From IMG/VR virus record IMGVR_UViG_3300027987_000509: a DNA stretch of 48,589 bases, one strand, 5' to 3'. Source of the stretch: a virus. Below are positions 18,069-27,889 of the stretch, one piece after another (the first letter of the stretch is position 1; every line of letters starts with the position of its first letter). Made by a program: the position numbers and the translations under genes. The notes under the pieces were generated by a model, which worked only from the letters and a program-made list of their open reading frames with translations, had not been told where the DNA came from and made no database searches.

Positions 18069-21000
18069 TATCCTCTCCTTCTCCTACGCTGACCTACGGA
18101 GAATGAGGATAACATTCGCGGTGGTTCTTGTACCGCAATCGTTGATTCGTGAGTCACGTGTGCATTTTGCGGTGGCATGATCGCTGCTTCTTCTTTTATG
18201 GCGATGCTGCTCACCAGGCTCTTGATTGTACCAGCTTTCTTGTTTGGTCTTAATTTCGCCAAGGATTTGTGGAAGTCGCTCTTTGGAATCGGCTTTGGTA
18301 TGCGTGATGTAGCCTGTCTCGGTACGACAGATCGTGGCCTTGGTGCCTCTACGGGTTCAATCTCGACCTGTAGCGGTTCCGATGCCGCCAGTTGCTTGAT
18401 GGTGCCAGCTGGCTTACTACTCTTTGTCAGTAATAGAGAGACATCGAAGCTTGTCAGGAATCGAAGAAGCGGTGGCTCTTGCTCTTCTGTTGATTGAACC
18501 GGTGCGATATAGCTTGGGTCTAGCGACCTTGCCAAGCGTCTCGCCTCGGCTTTCTGAGCCGCTGGTGCGTCAGATTCCTGGAATTTCTGTAAGTCAAATG
18601 CTGTTGGCCCTGATCCTGTCTCGATTGAGACCAGTGTTGGACGATCAGCATTGAGCGGATCGAGTTCGCCGAGAAGAAGCTTACCAGCCACAACTATGCA
18701 GCGGAACGGCTTAAGCGGTCTGTCGCATGCAAGGACACCGTCTTTGCCCCAACGATAAATCTGTTCGAGGCGTCGTCTGTTCTGGTAGAAAATCTCGACT
18801 TCGATCTCTTTTGGATCGAATGGCTCTGGCAGCGTGAACGTTCCTTCGCCGACAATCTCGAACTTGGGAAATTCGAATCCATCGTTGGTCGGGCGGAAGA
18901 ACGGAACAAAGACACCAAATCCGCTCAGCTCGAACTTGTTGAAATTCAGGACGCCAAGGCCAGGGCCTTCGAAAAGTCCAGAACCGCTGAGCGAGAACTC
19001 AGAGAAGACGAGCGATCCAGAACCGGTGAAGACTGCCTGTAGTAAAGCGTCTGTCGAGTGGACCAACGTGTTGACTTGAGCCAACTTCGCGTCGGTGGTG
19101 TGTGTCCTAGTATTGTCGACGGCCTGCAACAAAGCGTCTGTTGTATGCAGTCGCGATGTTTCGCCAAGCAGCAAAGCGTCGGTAGTGTGTGATCTGCTTT
19201 CTTCGGCTTGGAGTAAGCTGTCCGTTGTGTGAGTCAGCTGCTGATCTGCAAGCTGTAACAAAGCATCGGTGGTGTGAGTTCTTTCCACATCGACCGATTG
19301 CAGTAATGCGTTGGTGAAGTGGAACCTTTGTCCGGCTCCCTCCATCAGTGCGTCAGTAGAATGTGTGAGTTGACTTGTCGCCTGGAGGAGAGCGTCTGTG
19401 GTGTGACTTAGGCTTCCTTCGGAGAACAATAAAGCATCGGTAGTCTGAGTCAATGACCCTTCGCTGAATAATAGCGAATCAGTCGTATGCGTCAGACTGA
19501 CGACGGCCTGCAAAAGAGCATCGGTGGTGTGGATCGCGGATCGTTCGCCGAATAGCAAAGCGTCCGTTGTATGGGTTCTTGACTCTTCGGCCTGAAGAAG
19601 AGCGTCGGTCGTGTGAGTCGTTGATCCTTCGCTCGACAAAAATGCGTCTGTCGTGTGTGTCCGAGATTCCTCAGACAGCAATAGAGCATCTGTCGTGTGT
19701 TCTTCAGATCCTTCACTGAAGAGAAAGGCGTCAGTCGTGTGTGTCCGAGATTCTGCCGTGAACAAGAGAGCGTCAGTGGTGTGAACCCTCTCGTTGTTGA
19801 CTGCCTGTAGTAAGGCGTCAGTCGTGTGGACAATGGCTCCTTGGCTCGATAGGAAGGCATCGGTGGTGTGGGTCCGACTTTCTTCGGCGAAGAGCAACGC
19901 GTCGGTGGTGTGGGTCCGACTTTCTTCGGCGAAGAGCAACGCGTCGGTGGTGTGGGTCCGACTCTCCTCGGCCAATAAGAGAGCATCAGTTGTGTGGGTT
20001 CGGCTCTCCTCCGCCAGCAACAGGGCGTCAGTGGTGTGAGTCAGCGACCTTTCGCTGAATAATAACGCATCGGTGGTGTGGGTCCGACTCTCCTCGGCCA
20101 GCAACAGAGCGTCTGTTGTGTGAGTCGTGGTGCCAGCTCCTGAGAGAAGAGCGTCGGTGGTGTGGGTCCGACTCTCTTCGGCAAACAGGAGAGCATCAGT
20201 GGTATGCGTGAGCGATCGCTCACTGAAGAGCAGAGCATCGGTGGTGTGAGTCCGCGATCCCTCACTTAGCAGCAAGGCATCGGTGGTATGCGTTCTCGCT
20301 CCGGCCCCTTCTAGCAACGTATCAGTAGTGTGGGTCAGACTATTTTCAGCCTGAAGCAAGGCATCGGTTGAGTGTGTCAACGACCCTTCACTGAATAGAA
20401 GGGCGTCTGTGGTGTGGGTCAGGCTATTTTCAGAAAATAAGAGAGCGTCGGTGGTATGAACCCGGCTCTCTTCCGCCAGTAGGAGGGCGTCTGTTGTGTG
20501 GGTCAGGCTATTTTCAGCCTGCAACAAAGCATCGGTCGTATGGGTCCGAGACTGTTCGCTCAGGAGTAAAGCGTCTGTTGTGTGAGTCCGAGATTCTTCC
20601 GCCAGTAGGAGGGCGTCAGTGGTGTGTGTCCTCGATTCTTCAGCAAGCAAAAGAGCGTCGGTGGTGTGGGTTCGGCTCTCTTCCGCCAACAACAGAGCGT
20701 CAGTTGTGTGAGTTCGAGATTCTTCACTGAAGAGCAACGCATCGGTGGTGTGCGTTCTTGATCCTTCACTGAAGAGTAATGCGTCAGTGGTGTGCGTCCT
20801 TGACACATTGACGGCTTGAAGCAAAGCATCTGTCGTATGCGTTAATGCTCCCTGACTGGTCAGGAACGCGTCGGTTGTGTGCGTTCTCGACTCTTCCGAC
20901 AACAGAAGGGCGTCGGTGGTATGGGATAAAGTACGCTCGAAGAATAATGACGCATCTGTGGTGTGCGTGAGCGATCGCTCTGTGAATAACAGAGCATCCG

Positions 21001-21322
21001 TAGTATGGGATAGGGTGCCTTCGGAGAGCAGTAACGCGTCAGTTGTGTGCGTTCTCGACTCTTCGCTGAGGAGTAGAGCGTCGGTGGTGTGAGTCCGACT
21101 CACCTCAGCCTGAAGCAAGGCATCGGTAGTGTGGGTCCTGGACTGCTCGCTCAGGAGTAGGGCGTCGGTAGTGTGAGTCCTGGACTGCTCTGTCGCTTGG
21201 CTTTGGAGACTTGAGTCTGTGGTGTGGGTAAGCGACTGCTCAGCGAGGTTCAGACCGTCCGTAGTGTGGGTACGGGAATTCGCACCGGCTAGAGCATCAG
21301 TTGTATGGTCAAGACTTGGCAT
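18068..21322 (-). CDS. 14-aa HTTDALL repeat protein (long paralog), probable fibre or virion surface protein
   Basis: Roughly 54 tandem xxSRTHTTDALLxx repeats (estimated from length); synonymous sites diverged. Confidence 0.85.
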   Translation of the reverse strand: MPSLDHTTDALAGANSRTHTTDGLNLAEQSLTHTTDSSLQSQATEQSRTHTTDALLLSEQSRTHTTDALLQAEVSRTHTTDALLLSEESRTHTTDALLLSEGTLSHTTDALLFTERSLTHTTDASLFFERTLSHTTDALLLSEESRTHTTDAFLTSQGALTHTTDALLQAVNVSRTHTTDALLFSEGSRTHTTDALLFSEESRTHTTDALLLAEESRTHTTDALLLAEESRTHTTDALLLAEESRTHTTDALLLSEQSRTHTTDALLQAENSLTHTTDALLLAEESRVHTTDALLFSENSLTHTTDALLFSEGSLTHSTDALLQAENSLTHTTDTLLEGAGARTHTTDALLLSEGSRTHTTDALLFSERSLTHTTDALLFAEESRTHTTDALLSGAGTTTHTTDALLLAEESRTHTTDALLFSERSLTHTTDALLLAEESRTHTTDALLLAEESRTHTTDALLFAEESRTHTTDALLFAEESRTHTTDAFLSSQGAIVHTTDALLQAVNNERVHTTDALLFTAESRTHTTDAFLFSEGSEEHTTDALLLSEESRTHTTDAFLSSEGSTTHTTDALLQAEESRTHTTDALLFGERSAIHTTDALLQAVVSLTHTTDSLLFSEGSLTQTTDALLFSEGSLSHTTDALLQATSQLTHSTDALMEGAGQRFHFTNALLQSVDVERTHTTDALLQLADQQLTHTTDSLLQAEESRSHTTDALLLGETSRLHTTDALLQAVDNTRTHTTDAKLAQVNTLVHSTDALLQAVFTGSGSLVFSEFSLSGSGLFEGPGLGVLNFNKFELSGFGVFVPFFRPTNDGFEFPKFEIVGEGTFTLPEPFDPKEIEVEIFYQNRRRLEQIYRWGKDGVLACDRPLKPFRCIVVAGKLLLGELDPLNADRPTLVSIETGSGPTAFDLQKFQESDAPAAQKAEARRLARSLDPSYIAPVQSTEEQEPPLLRFLTSFDVSLLLTKSSKPAGTIKQLAASEPLQVEIEPVEAPRPRSVVPRQATSRIPKPIPKSDFHKSLAKLRPNKKAGTIKSLVSSIAIKEEAAIMPPQNAHVTHESTIAVQEPPRMLSSFSVGQRRRRRG

Positions 21323-21363
21323 ACATCGTCCCCAAAGTTACTGTATCTTTGGGGTCTGATGTG

Positions 21364-21624
21364 TCAATTGCTGACTTTTTGCCAGTAAGCGTGAATTACC
21401 CCAGGTTCAGATCTGGTAATGATCTTTTTGTAGAGCACATTCAGACGAGCGTTGTAATAGTAGTCCCCTCGGTAGGTAGCGGGGTCTGGTTCGAACGCCG
21501 TTGGCTCAATTACAGTTGCCCCGTCCAGCTCGAGGAACCACACTGTATTGTTGTTCCCGACGCTGCGTTTCCCGCGACGCTCGTAGAGGTCATCCAGAAA
21601 TGCTTGTGTTTGTTCGCTTGACAT
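21364..21624 (-). CDS. hypothetical protein
   Basis: MSSEQTQAF start with GGAGG SD; the longer ORF call is antisense to the next gene. Confidence 0.65.
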   Translation of the reverse strand: MSSEQTQAFLDDLYERRGKRSVGNNNTVWFLELDGATVIEPTAFEPDPATYRGDYYYNARLNVLYKKIITRSEPGVIHAYWQKVSN

Positions 21625-21687
21625 TGGAATCCTCCAATGGTATGTTCGACTCACACGGTATGTATTTCTGAAATGGGAGATCGTGTC

Positions 21688-22194
21688 ATGAAACAAATCG
21701 TCTTTATCACCGCTGTCACTCTGATGTTTTGTGGATGCCCGAAGAGGCCATACGCTCAAGACCTTGAGGGGCTCACCGGTCCTGCATACGCTGCGGCGAT
21801 GAATGAGAGGTTGCATCGATTGCAAGAAAGGAACGCGGCGAGAGCTGCGACGGCCCCTGCTCCTACAAGGAGGGTAAAGGAGCCTGCGAGAGCAGTTCAA
21901 AGACCCGTGCTTACTGGTCCAGCTTATGCGGCGGCCAGAAGTCAAATGCTGTATCAGTGGCAGCGTAGGAATGCTGCCACTGGCTTTCATGGTCAAGGTC
22001 TTACCGGCCCGTATTATGCAGCTTACGAGGCCAACGTCAAAGCTAACCAGAGGCTTTGGAACGGCACTTGGCCGAACAACTTCTACTACCCCTACTACAC
22101 CCCTCCTAGAAAGCCAGGAAGCGTCAGTCGTCTCAATGATCCCTGGCTCTGGTACAGTCAACAGCCGTATGGCTGGTTTCAGTGGCGTTACTAA
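21688..22194 (+). CDS. putative lipoprotein with three LTGPxYAA repeats
   Basis: MKQIVFITAVTLMFCGC signal/lipobox; GGGAG SD. Confidence 0.65.
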   Translation: MKQIVFITAVTLMFCGCPKRPYAQDLEGLTGPAYAAAMNERLHRLQERNAARAATAPAPTRRVKEPARAVQRPVLTGPAYAAARSQMLYQWQRRNAATGFHGQGLTGPYYAAYEANVKANQRLWNGTWPNNFYYPYYTPPRKPGSVSRLNDPWLWYSQQPYGWFQWRY

Positions 22195-22571
22195 TGCATT
22201 TCTCAGAATTTCTGAATCGCGTCATCGATGACGGGATCGCAGCCGCTCGTGAGGACTATGCTAAACCGGCCCAAAAGCGTAAGCTTGAAGGCTCGATCGC
22301 CGGTTTTGAGGCATGTCGGAACGTCCGCCCTTTGCATGCTCATCAGGATCTCACGGAACTTTTGGATGCGGCGAGAACTTCTACTCATGCCGCTTCGCTC
22401 GGTGACGAACGTGAGGACTATTGGTGGTTCAGATGCTACGAACTCGAGGTCGAGTGGATTTGCAACTGCGTTTCTGCGGTGCTTATCAACGAAGGCAAAC
22501 CTCCAATAATTACTCCTACAGCTCGTGGAGTATTAAAAGCTGCAGATATCATCGGTGTTCGTGCTTCTTAA
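22194..22571 (+). CDS. hypothetical protein
   Basis: TAATG coupling; ends immediately before the array. Confidence 0.7.
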   Translation: MHFSEFLNRVIDDGIAAAREDYAKPAQKRKLEGSIAGFEACRNVRPLHAHQDLTELLDAARTSTHAASLGDEREDYWWFRCYELEVEWICNCVSAVLINEGKPPIITPTARGVLKAADIIGVRAS

Positions 22572-22572
22572 T

Positions 22573-23185
22573 GGACCTGTCCGGCACGGTTAGGTCCGGT
22601 ACGTTGCGGAGCGGCCCGTTGAGCAAATGCTTGGTAGTCCATGACTTTTCATGGAGTGTCTTGCCCCGGTGCAGCCCGGAACGGCTCGTGATCGTCGCGG
22701 AAGTGCAGTGTAAGGTGACCAATGGTTTCCAAGCGGCTCGGAGGGTAAAGCGAGTCGTGGATTGTACCGGAGCTGCCCGTCTTGAGTAGAGTCCGGCCCG
22801 GCACTGTGAGGAAGCCGATGGCTTTTTCAAGGATGGGTGAGTTTTGTCCCGGTCTCGCCCGGTAAGGTAAGAACCGTTGTGGAACGCACAGGTGGCCGAT
22901 GGCCTTTCTTGGATCGTCGCGTCAAGCGAGGGTTCGGAATGGTAGGCATAGTTTCGGCTAGCGTACGGCTCAGCCCGGAATGTCATGCTTCGGTGGCCAA
23001 TGGCTTTACAAGGATAGTCTAGGTGCTGTAATGCTGGTTCGGGATTGGTGCGTAGTGAATCGGTGGTGTATGGTAGCCAACGGCTTTTCGGGGCTAGTCC
23101 AGGCTCGGCGTAGCAGGTCCCGGCAAAGCAGGTGACCGGTTGGCGGGTCAGAGCTTGTCTGGGCAAGGGAGTCCATGACCTTCAA
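22573..23185 (+). repeat. pentamer/hairpin array segment 1 (7 units), candidate guide RNAs
   Basis: 5-nt periodic G/GG runs, each ending in a triloop hairpin (22636, 22717, 22813, 22894, 22995, 23075, 23170) plus a pyrimidine tract. Confidence 0.85.
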
Positions 23186-23197
23186 CAAGGCAGAAAG

Positions 23198-23464
23198 ATG
23201 GCAAAGCGTCAGCAGAAGTTCCAGCGGCCGAAGTTCACTGTCGACGAGTCGTTTCTCGGCGTGACGGTTGTCAAGATGAATGATGCGATGAGAGAATTGC
23301 TGTCGCAATTCATCGACGATGTCAATGATGTGGAACCAGAGATTCTGGCTCTCAGCAAGGCACTCATCGACCCCGTCAAGAGCCGTGAACTGCGAGACGA
23401 GAAGAACAGACGCAACCATCGTCGCAACAGACAAGTATTTGATGAGGAAGAAGCTGTAGCCTAA
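23198..23464 (+). CDS. small hypothetical protein embedded in the array
   Basis: 88 aa, helical and charged; pentamer periodicity stops at its start and resumes after its stop. Confidence 0.7.
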   Translation: MAKRQQKFQRPKFTVDESFLGVTVVKMNDAMRELLSQFIDDVNDVEPEILALSKALIDPVKSRELRDEKNRRNHRRNRQVFDEEEAVA

Positions 23465-23466
23465 TC

Positions 23467-25092
23467 GGCTAGGCTTTGCCATACCAATCGATACGAGCGA
23501 TGGGTGTGGAGCGGTTGGGTTCACTTTGGCAGTCTGCGGGTGCCCAGTGCACTTTCCGGGACCGGCTCGTCCAGGTTAATGTAGGGCCGGGAAAGTCTCG
23601 ATACGGAAAGTCTCTGTAGGGGTGCCCAGTGCACATCACACGGCACGTTTGGGTGCGGAATACCTCGTCTGGTAGCGGCACTGCGTGCTAAGGCCGGAGC
23701 CGGGGAGTCAATGGCTCTTTTATGGTTCGGCACGTAGGGGCACGTTTAGGATGGCCCGGTTAGCTGGGGTCCGGTACTCACCGGCGGGTTTAGGGAGCCA
23801 ATGGCTTCACCGGGCACGTACCGGAAGGTCACGCTCGGGTTGGGCTGCCACCGGCTCGTCATAGAGCGGTTAGGAAGTCCACGACTTCACAGGGACCGGA
23901 TAGGTGAGTCTTGTCCCGGTCTGGTCCGCACGGGATTGATCCGGCAATGAATAGCAGGTCATGCTACGGTAAGTTTCGGAAGCCAACGGCTTTACTGGGA
24001 GCGGTATGCTCGGGTGTTGCAGAGTGTGCAGAGAAGCGGTCTGACATGGAGATCAACGGTCTATCACAGACGTGGCATGAATCGGACAGCTCCGCCTTGG
24101 CGGCCAAGGGCCGCCACACGGCTAGATGCGGAAGTGTCGGCATTGGCAAGAGCGGGGTGCGTCCAGGTATCGTACGGGAACCAATGGTTTATTACCAGGT
24201 GCGGCCAGGAGCGGCTGTGCCCGGTAGGGCTGGGTCCGGAAAACCCCGGCATAGCAGGGTCAGGGAGTCCACGACTCACTCAATGGCTAGGGAAGGATGG
24301 TCCCGGCAGAGTTCGGTTGCGTGCGGCACAGCGTGGAAAGAGCCGGGAAGCCAACGGCTTCTTTTGAGGCAGGGCATGGTGCTGTTTGGTACGCCAGTGA
24401 TCGGCGTGGTGGTAACGGACCGGTTTGGTAGCCAATGGCTTTTATTTAGGGCCGGTACCGGAAGGTGCGGACCGGCATGCTGTAGTCCGGTGCGGTACGG
24501 TGTGGAAGTCCATGACTTCACTTGGATTGGTCCTGCTTGTTTCGGTAGTGTTCGGCGAGGAAGTGCTAGGTGTGATTTGTTGAGGCACTGCCCGGAGGCC
24601 AATGGCCGCTTTTGAGGCTTGGATGAGCACGTAGTGGCACGGCACTGTAGGCTGTGGAGTGGTTTACCTCGGTGTTGCGGGGATCGGCAGGGTTGGGGAG
24701 CCAACGGCTTCTAACGGGCAAGGTCCGCCGCGTCTCGATGCGGAGCGTATTGGACTGGTACCCAATGGGTTTTATTGGATTGGTCCGCCATGGTAGAGCT
24801 AGGCTCGGTCGGGAACGTTTGGGATTGTCTCGCACTGGACTGGCTTGCACAGGTAGGCAATGGGAGTCGACGACTCTTTCAAGGCCCGTTTCGGAGCTGC
24901 CATGCCAGTTTTGGTACGCTCGGCAGCGGTTCGGAGTCCAATGGACTTTCAAGGCGAAACCAGGCACGGTTTGGTGCGTCTTGGACCGGCTACCATCGGA
25001 GGTCAACGGCCTTTTTCGGGCAAGGCAAAACGAGTTGCTGCCAGGCACGAGTGCTGCTGGGTACGGCAAGTCTCGGGACTCCATGAGTTTCC
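23467..25092 (+). repeat. pentamer/hairpin array segment 2 (about 20 units)
   Basis: Same unit architecture; hairpins such as AGCC-AAT-GGCT, AGTC-CAC-GACT, ACCC-AAT-GGGT, ACTC-CAT-GAGT. Confidence 0.85.
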
Positions 25093-25108
25093 ACCTAGGA
25101 AATCAAAC

Positions 25109-25244
25109 GGGAGCGTAGCTCAAAATGGACAGAGCCGATTTTCGAAAATCGAGTATCGACTGCTACCGTGGGCAGGAGGTTATTTTTCCTCCTAGCAGCG
25201 GGTGTGGAAGATGCGACATGCGGGTTCGAGCCCCGTCGCTCCTA
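25109..25244 (+). ncRNA. tRNA-like RNA with a large insertion, inside the array
   Basis: Acceptor GGGAGCG/CGCTCCT-A, D arm GCTC/GAGC, T arm GCGGG-TTCGAGC-CCCGT; about 85 nt in place of the anticodon and variable arms. Confidence 0.7.
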
Positions 25245-25249
25245 CTACT

Positions 25250-26210
25250 GGTTGGTTTAGACGTGCATAACATAGGCGTGTCTGAGCCCGGCCCGTGATT
25301 GGTAGTGTATAGTCCGGTCGGGAGGGGAGGCCAATGGCCTTTATTGGTCCGGAGAGGCATAGCGTGTCACAGTTCGGCTCGAGCACGGTAATGTCGGGAG
25401 TGGTTAGGTGTCCAATGGACTTTCCTACGAGGAAATCACATGGATTGCGTAGGCTATGCAAGCCAAGAACAGAACCGGAGGGTCTGGTATTGGAAGCCTA
25501 CGGCTTTTCCTGGAATGGCTCGGATGGTCTAGAGTAGACCCAGGTGGAGCTGGGTTCGGAAATGTTGGGTTAGGGAGCCAAAGGCTTTAAGTGGATTGTC
25601 GCGTCTAGTCTAGGTGGTCTCGTCGTGGTGTGAGCGTAGCACGGTTTGTAGAGACTGGGACCGGCACGGTCAGCTTCGGACTGCAACGGGAGCCGATGGC
25701 TTCACAAGGATTGGACGGGAAAGGACAGCAATGCAGAGGTTAGGTATGCTCGGGTCCGGGAGCCCACGGCTTTATGTATGAATCGGCAGGGCTGGGCAGA
25801 TTTCGGAGCGTCGCTGCTGGCAATGCCAAGAGCTTGGGATTCCATGAATCTCAATTGGATAGTCTAGGCTCGGTGCGGTAGTGTTCGGAATAGTGCGGCA
25901 GGCAAAGGGACTCAAAGAGTCTTCCAAAGGCTAGGTTGGCTGAGGCCGATCCAGGTGGTGCAGTAGCTCGTCCAGGATTGTTCCGGCATTGCGAGGAAGC
26001 CAATGGCTTTTCGAGGCTAGTTGCCCGGAGACCAATGGTCTTTCATGGATCGGCAGGGCTGGGTAAGTTTCAGCCCGGTGCCCCTAGGATCGTCAAGGAG
26101 ACCAATGGTCACTCAAGGTTTGTCACGGATAGTCGTGGTTCGGTCATACTGGTTAGGGACCGGCGAGCCGGGGTAAAGCACGGCTAGGCTCGGGGACCAA
26201 TGGTCATTTA
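25250..26210 (+). repeat. pentamer/hairpin array segment 3 (about 12 units)
   Basis: Same architecture; the last three hairpins are identical (GACC-AAT-GGTC at 26030, 26100, 26195). Confidence 0.85.
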
Positions 26211-26266
26211 ACGTCGCACGTATTTCAGCAACACGGCACCGGTAAAATTCACCCACGGAGATTTCC

Positions 26267-26749
26267 ATGCACATCATTAAGCTGATTCGCTGGTCCAGTG
26301 AAGAGATCAAAATCTTCAAGGAATTGGAGCGATGGCTCACACTGCACGAACGAGCAAATCTCATTGACGACGAGGTCAAGGCAGCCTGCAGATTGGCACG
26401 CGACCCCGGCAGTCCTGTACCAGAAGCGAAATTGCTCGAATCTATTGCAGCCTGGGAGAAAATCAAGGCTGTCATGGAGCAACAGAGCGAAGATGCCGCC
26501 AAAATCGCACCCAATTTGCCAGAGGACGTCGGCGGCGTAGGAATTATCTCCAAGCCACGCATGGCCTACCAGCTACTCGAAGAGGTCGGCCTGACCTGCA
26601 TCACCGACATCGAGCGAGCATTGCATCTCGCCAGATTTGGACTCGGCTTTCTTCGCGGCGATCTCAAAGCTGCGTCTCTGCTTGACGTACGTCCCGAAGA
26701 TGGGGCCTACATTCTTCAATTCGAGAACGTCGATCCGGAAGAACTCTGA
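26267..26749 (+). CDS. hypothetical protein
   Basis: 160 aa, GGAG SD. Confidence 0.7.
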   Translation: MHIIKLIRWSSEEIKIFKELERWLTLHERANLIDDEVKAACRLARDPGSPVPEAKLLESIAAWEKIKAVMEQQSEDAAKIAPNLPEDVGGVGIISKPRMAYQLLEEVGLTCITDIERALHLARFGLGFLRGDLKAASLLDVRPEDGAYILQFENVDPEEL

Positions 26750-26767
26750 TCGGGACAAAGGTAAAAT

Positions 26768-27175
26768 ATGTCCGATCTCTTCCAATTACTATTTCTCGAC
26801 GACTGCCCGAACAGATGCAAGAAGTTTCGCAGCAGTTGCCCCTATGCAACCATTGTGCACACTGCGGTCGACGCGATCGCCAGAATCGAAGCACAACATT
26901 GGGATATCGTCTCCCTCGACCACGATCTCGGCGGCGAAGCATACGTAGACAGCAAACGTGAAGATTGCGGGATGGAGGTTGTGCGATTCATCGTTGCAAA
27001 TCAGCCGAAGATCCACAAAGTCATAGTGCACTCGTCCAACGGACCGGCTCGTCTGAACATGGTCTCTCTGTTGAAACAAGCTGGATACGTAGTTCAAGAC
27101 GCCAGCTTTCTCAATTTCTGGACGAGCGGGATAGTCGATGGAATCAACAGAGCGAGAGACAATCACGGTAGCTGA
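26768..27175 (+). CDS. cyclic-phosphate-processing receiver (cREC)-like domain protein
   Basis: Motifs LFLDD, SLDHDLG, G.EVV, VHSSN. Confidence 0.8.
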   Translation: MSDLFQLLFLDDCPNRCKKFRSSCPYATIVHTAVDAIARIEAQHWDIVSLDHDLGGEAYVDSKREDCGMEVVRFIVANQPKIHKVIVHSSNGPARLNMVSLLKQAGYVVQDASFLNFWTSGIVDGINRARDNHGS

Positions 27176-27599
27176 AGTATCGTCAGGCAAGATAGAACTC
27201 GTCTTTGTCGACCAACTGCCGGTGCTACAGTTTAATTGCTCTTGTGAAGATGCTCTCCCTTATTGCAATGCTCTTTGCTGCCGTCGCCGCCCAGACTACA
27301 ACATGGCTCTCGAGGGCGTGGACGAGATGAAGCGGTTCGCCGACTCGTCGATACGGCACCCAACTCTCCCACTAGTCCGCTTGATGGCCTACAAAGATGG
27401 TGCCTGCATTCATCTTGATGGGTGCAAATGTGCCGTCCATGCTCAAAAACCGTCGATCTGTAAACGATGGCATTGCAGTCCAGGCGGAATTGGCGAAGGT
27501 ATTGAAATAAGAGACGGTGGTTTCAGCTTCGTGACCGTACATGGCGATTTGCAGCATGAGATGATCAATGGCTTACAGAGAGATTCCGGCACACCTTGA
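27138..27599 (+). CDS. YkgJ/CxxCxxCC-type Fe-S or Zn-binding protein
   Basis: C..LCC, C.HL...KC.VH..KP.IC..W.C. Confidence 0.75.
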   Translation: MESTERETITVAEVSSGKIELVFVDQLPVLQFNCSCEDALPYCNALCCRRRPDYNMALEGVDEMKRFADSSIRHPTLPLVRLMAYKDGACIHLDGCKCAVHAQKPSICKRWHCSPGGIGEGIEIRDGGFSFVTVHGDLQHEMINGLQRDSGTP

Positions 27600-27888
27600 G
27601 TGTCCTTGTGCGAAACTGAAAGATCCACCACCGCCGACAAAGCTCGAAATGCGAGCGTTACCGCTCGAGACTGAGCCGAAGCCAACTAACGTCTGCACCG
27701 AATGCGGATATGCAAGATCTGGTGACATCCCTGAAAGCTGCTGGAATCAGAATGCAAAGTTGGTGCTCGACGAGAAGTATAAGTGCCATTACTGCGGATC
27801 ACCGATCTTCTCCGATGAAGTCGCAGTGTGGTGCATCCACTCAACCATGGAAGGCGGGACATGTGAATACCGCCTAATGTCAGGGTAA
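27568..27888 (+). CDS. Zn-ribbon protein
   Basis: CTECG and CHYCG motifs. Confidence 0.6.
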   Translation: MAYREIPAHLECPCAKLKDPPPPTKLEMRALPLETEPKPTNVCTECGYARSGDIPESCWNQNAKLVLDEKYKCHYCGSPIFSDEVAVWCIHSTMEGGTCEYRLMSG

Positions 27889-27889
27889 C

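Noticed and set aside
18068-21322. 42-bp DNA repeat as a CRISPR or non-coding array
   Set aside because: Variation is concentrated at synonymous positions of one long ORF, so it is a protein repeat
22549-26187. The many G/R/P-rich ORFs called on both strands over the array
   Set aside because: They are by-products of stop-poor pentamer sequence; a 5-nt period is incompatible with codon structure and they lack SD sites or coupling
22573-26210. Canonical CRISPR array
   Set aside because: There are no identical 23-47 nt repeats, unit length varies widely, the 'spacers' are themselves periodic, and no cas1/cas2 is in the window
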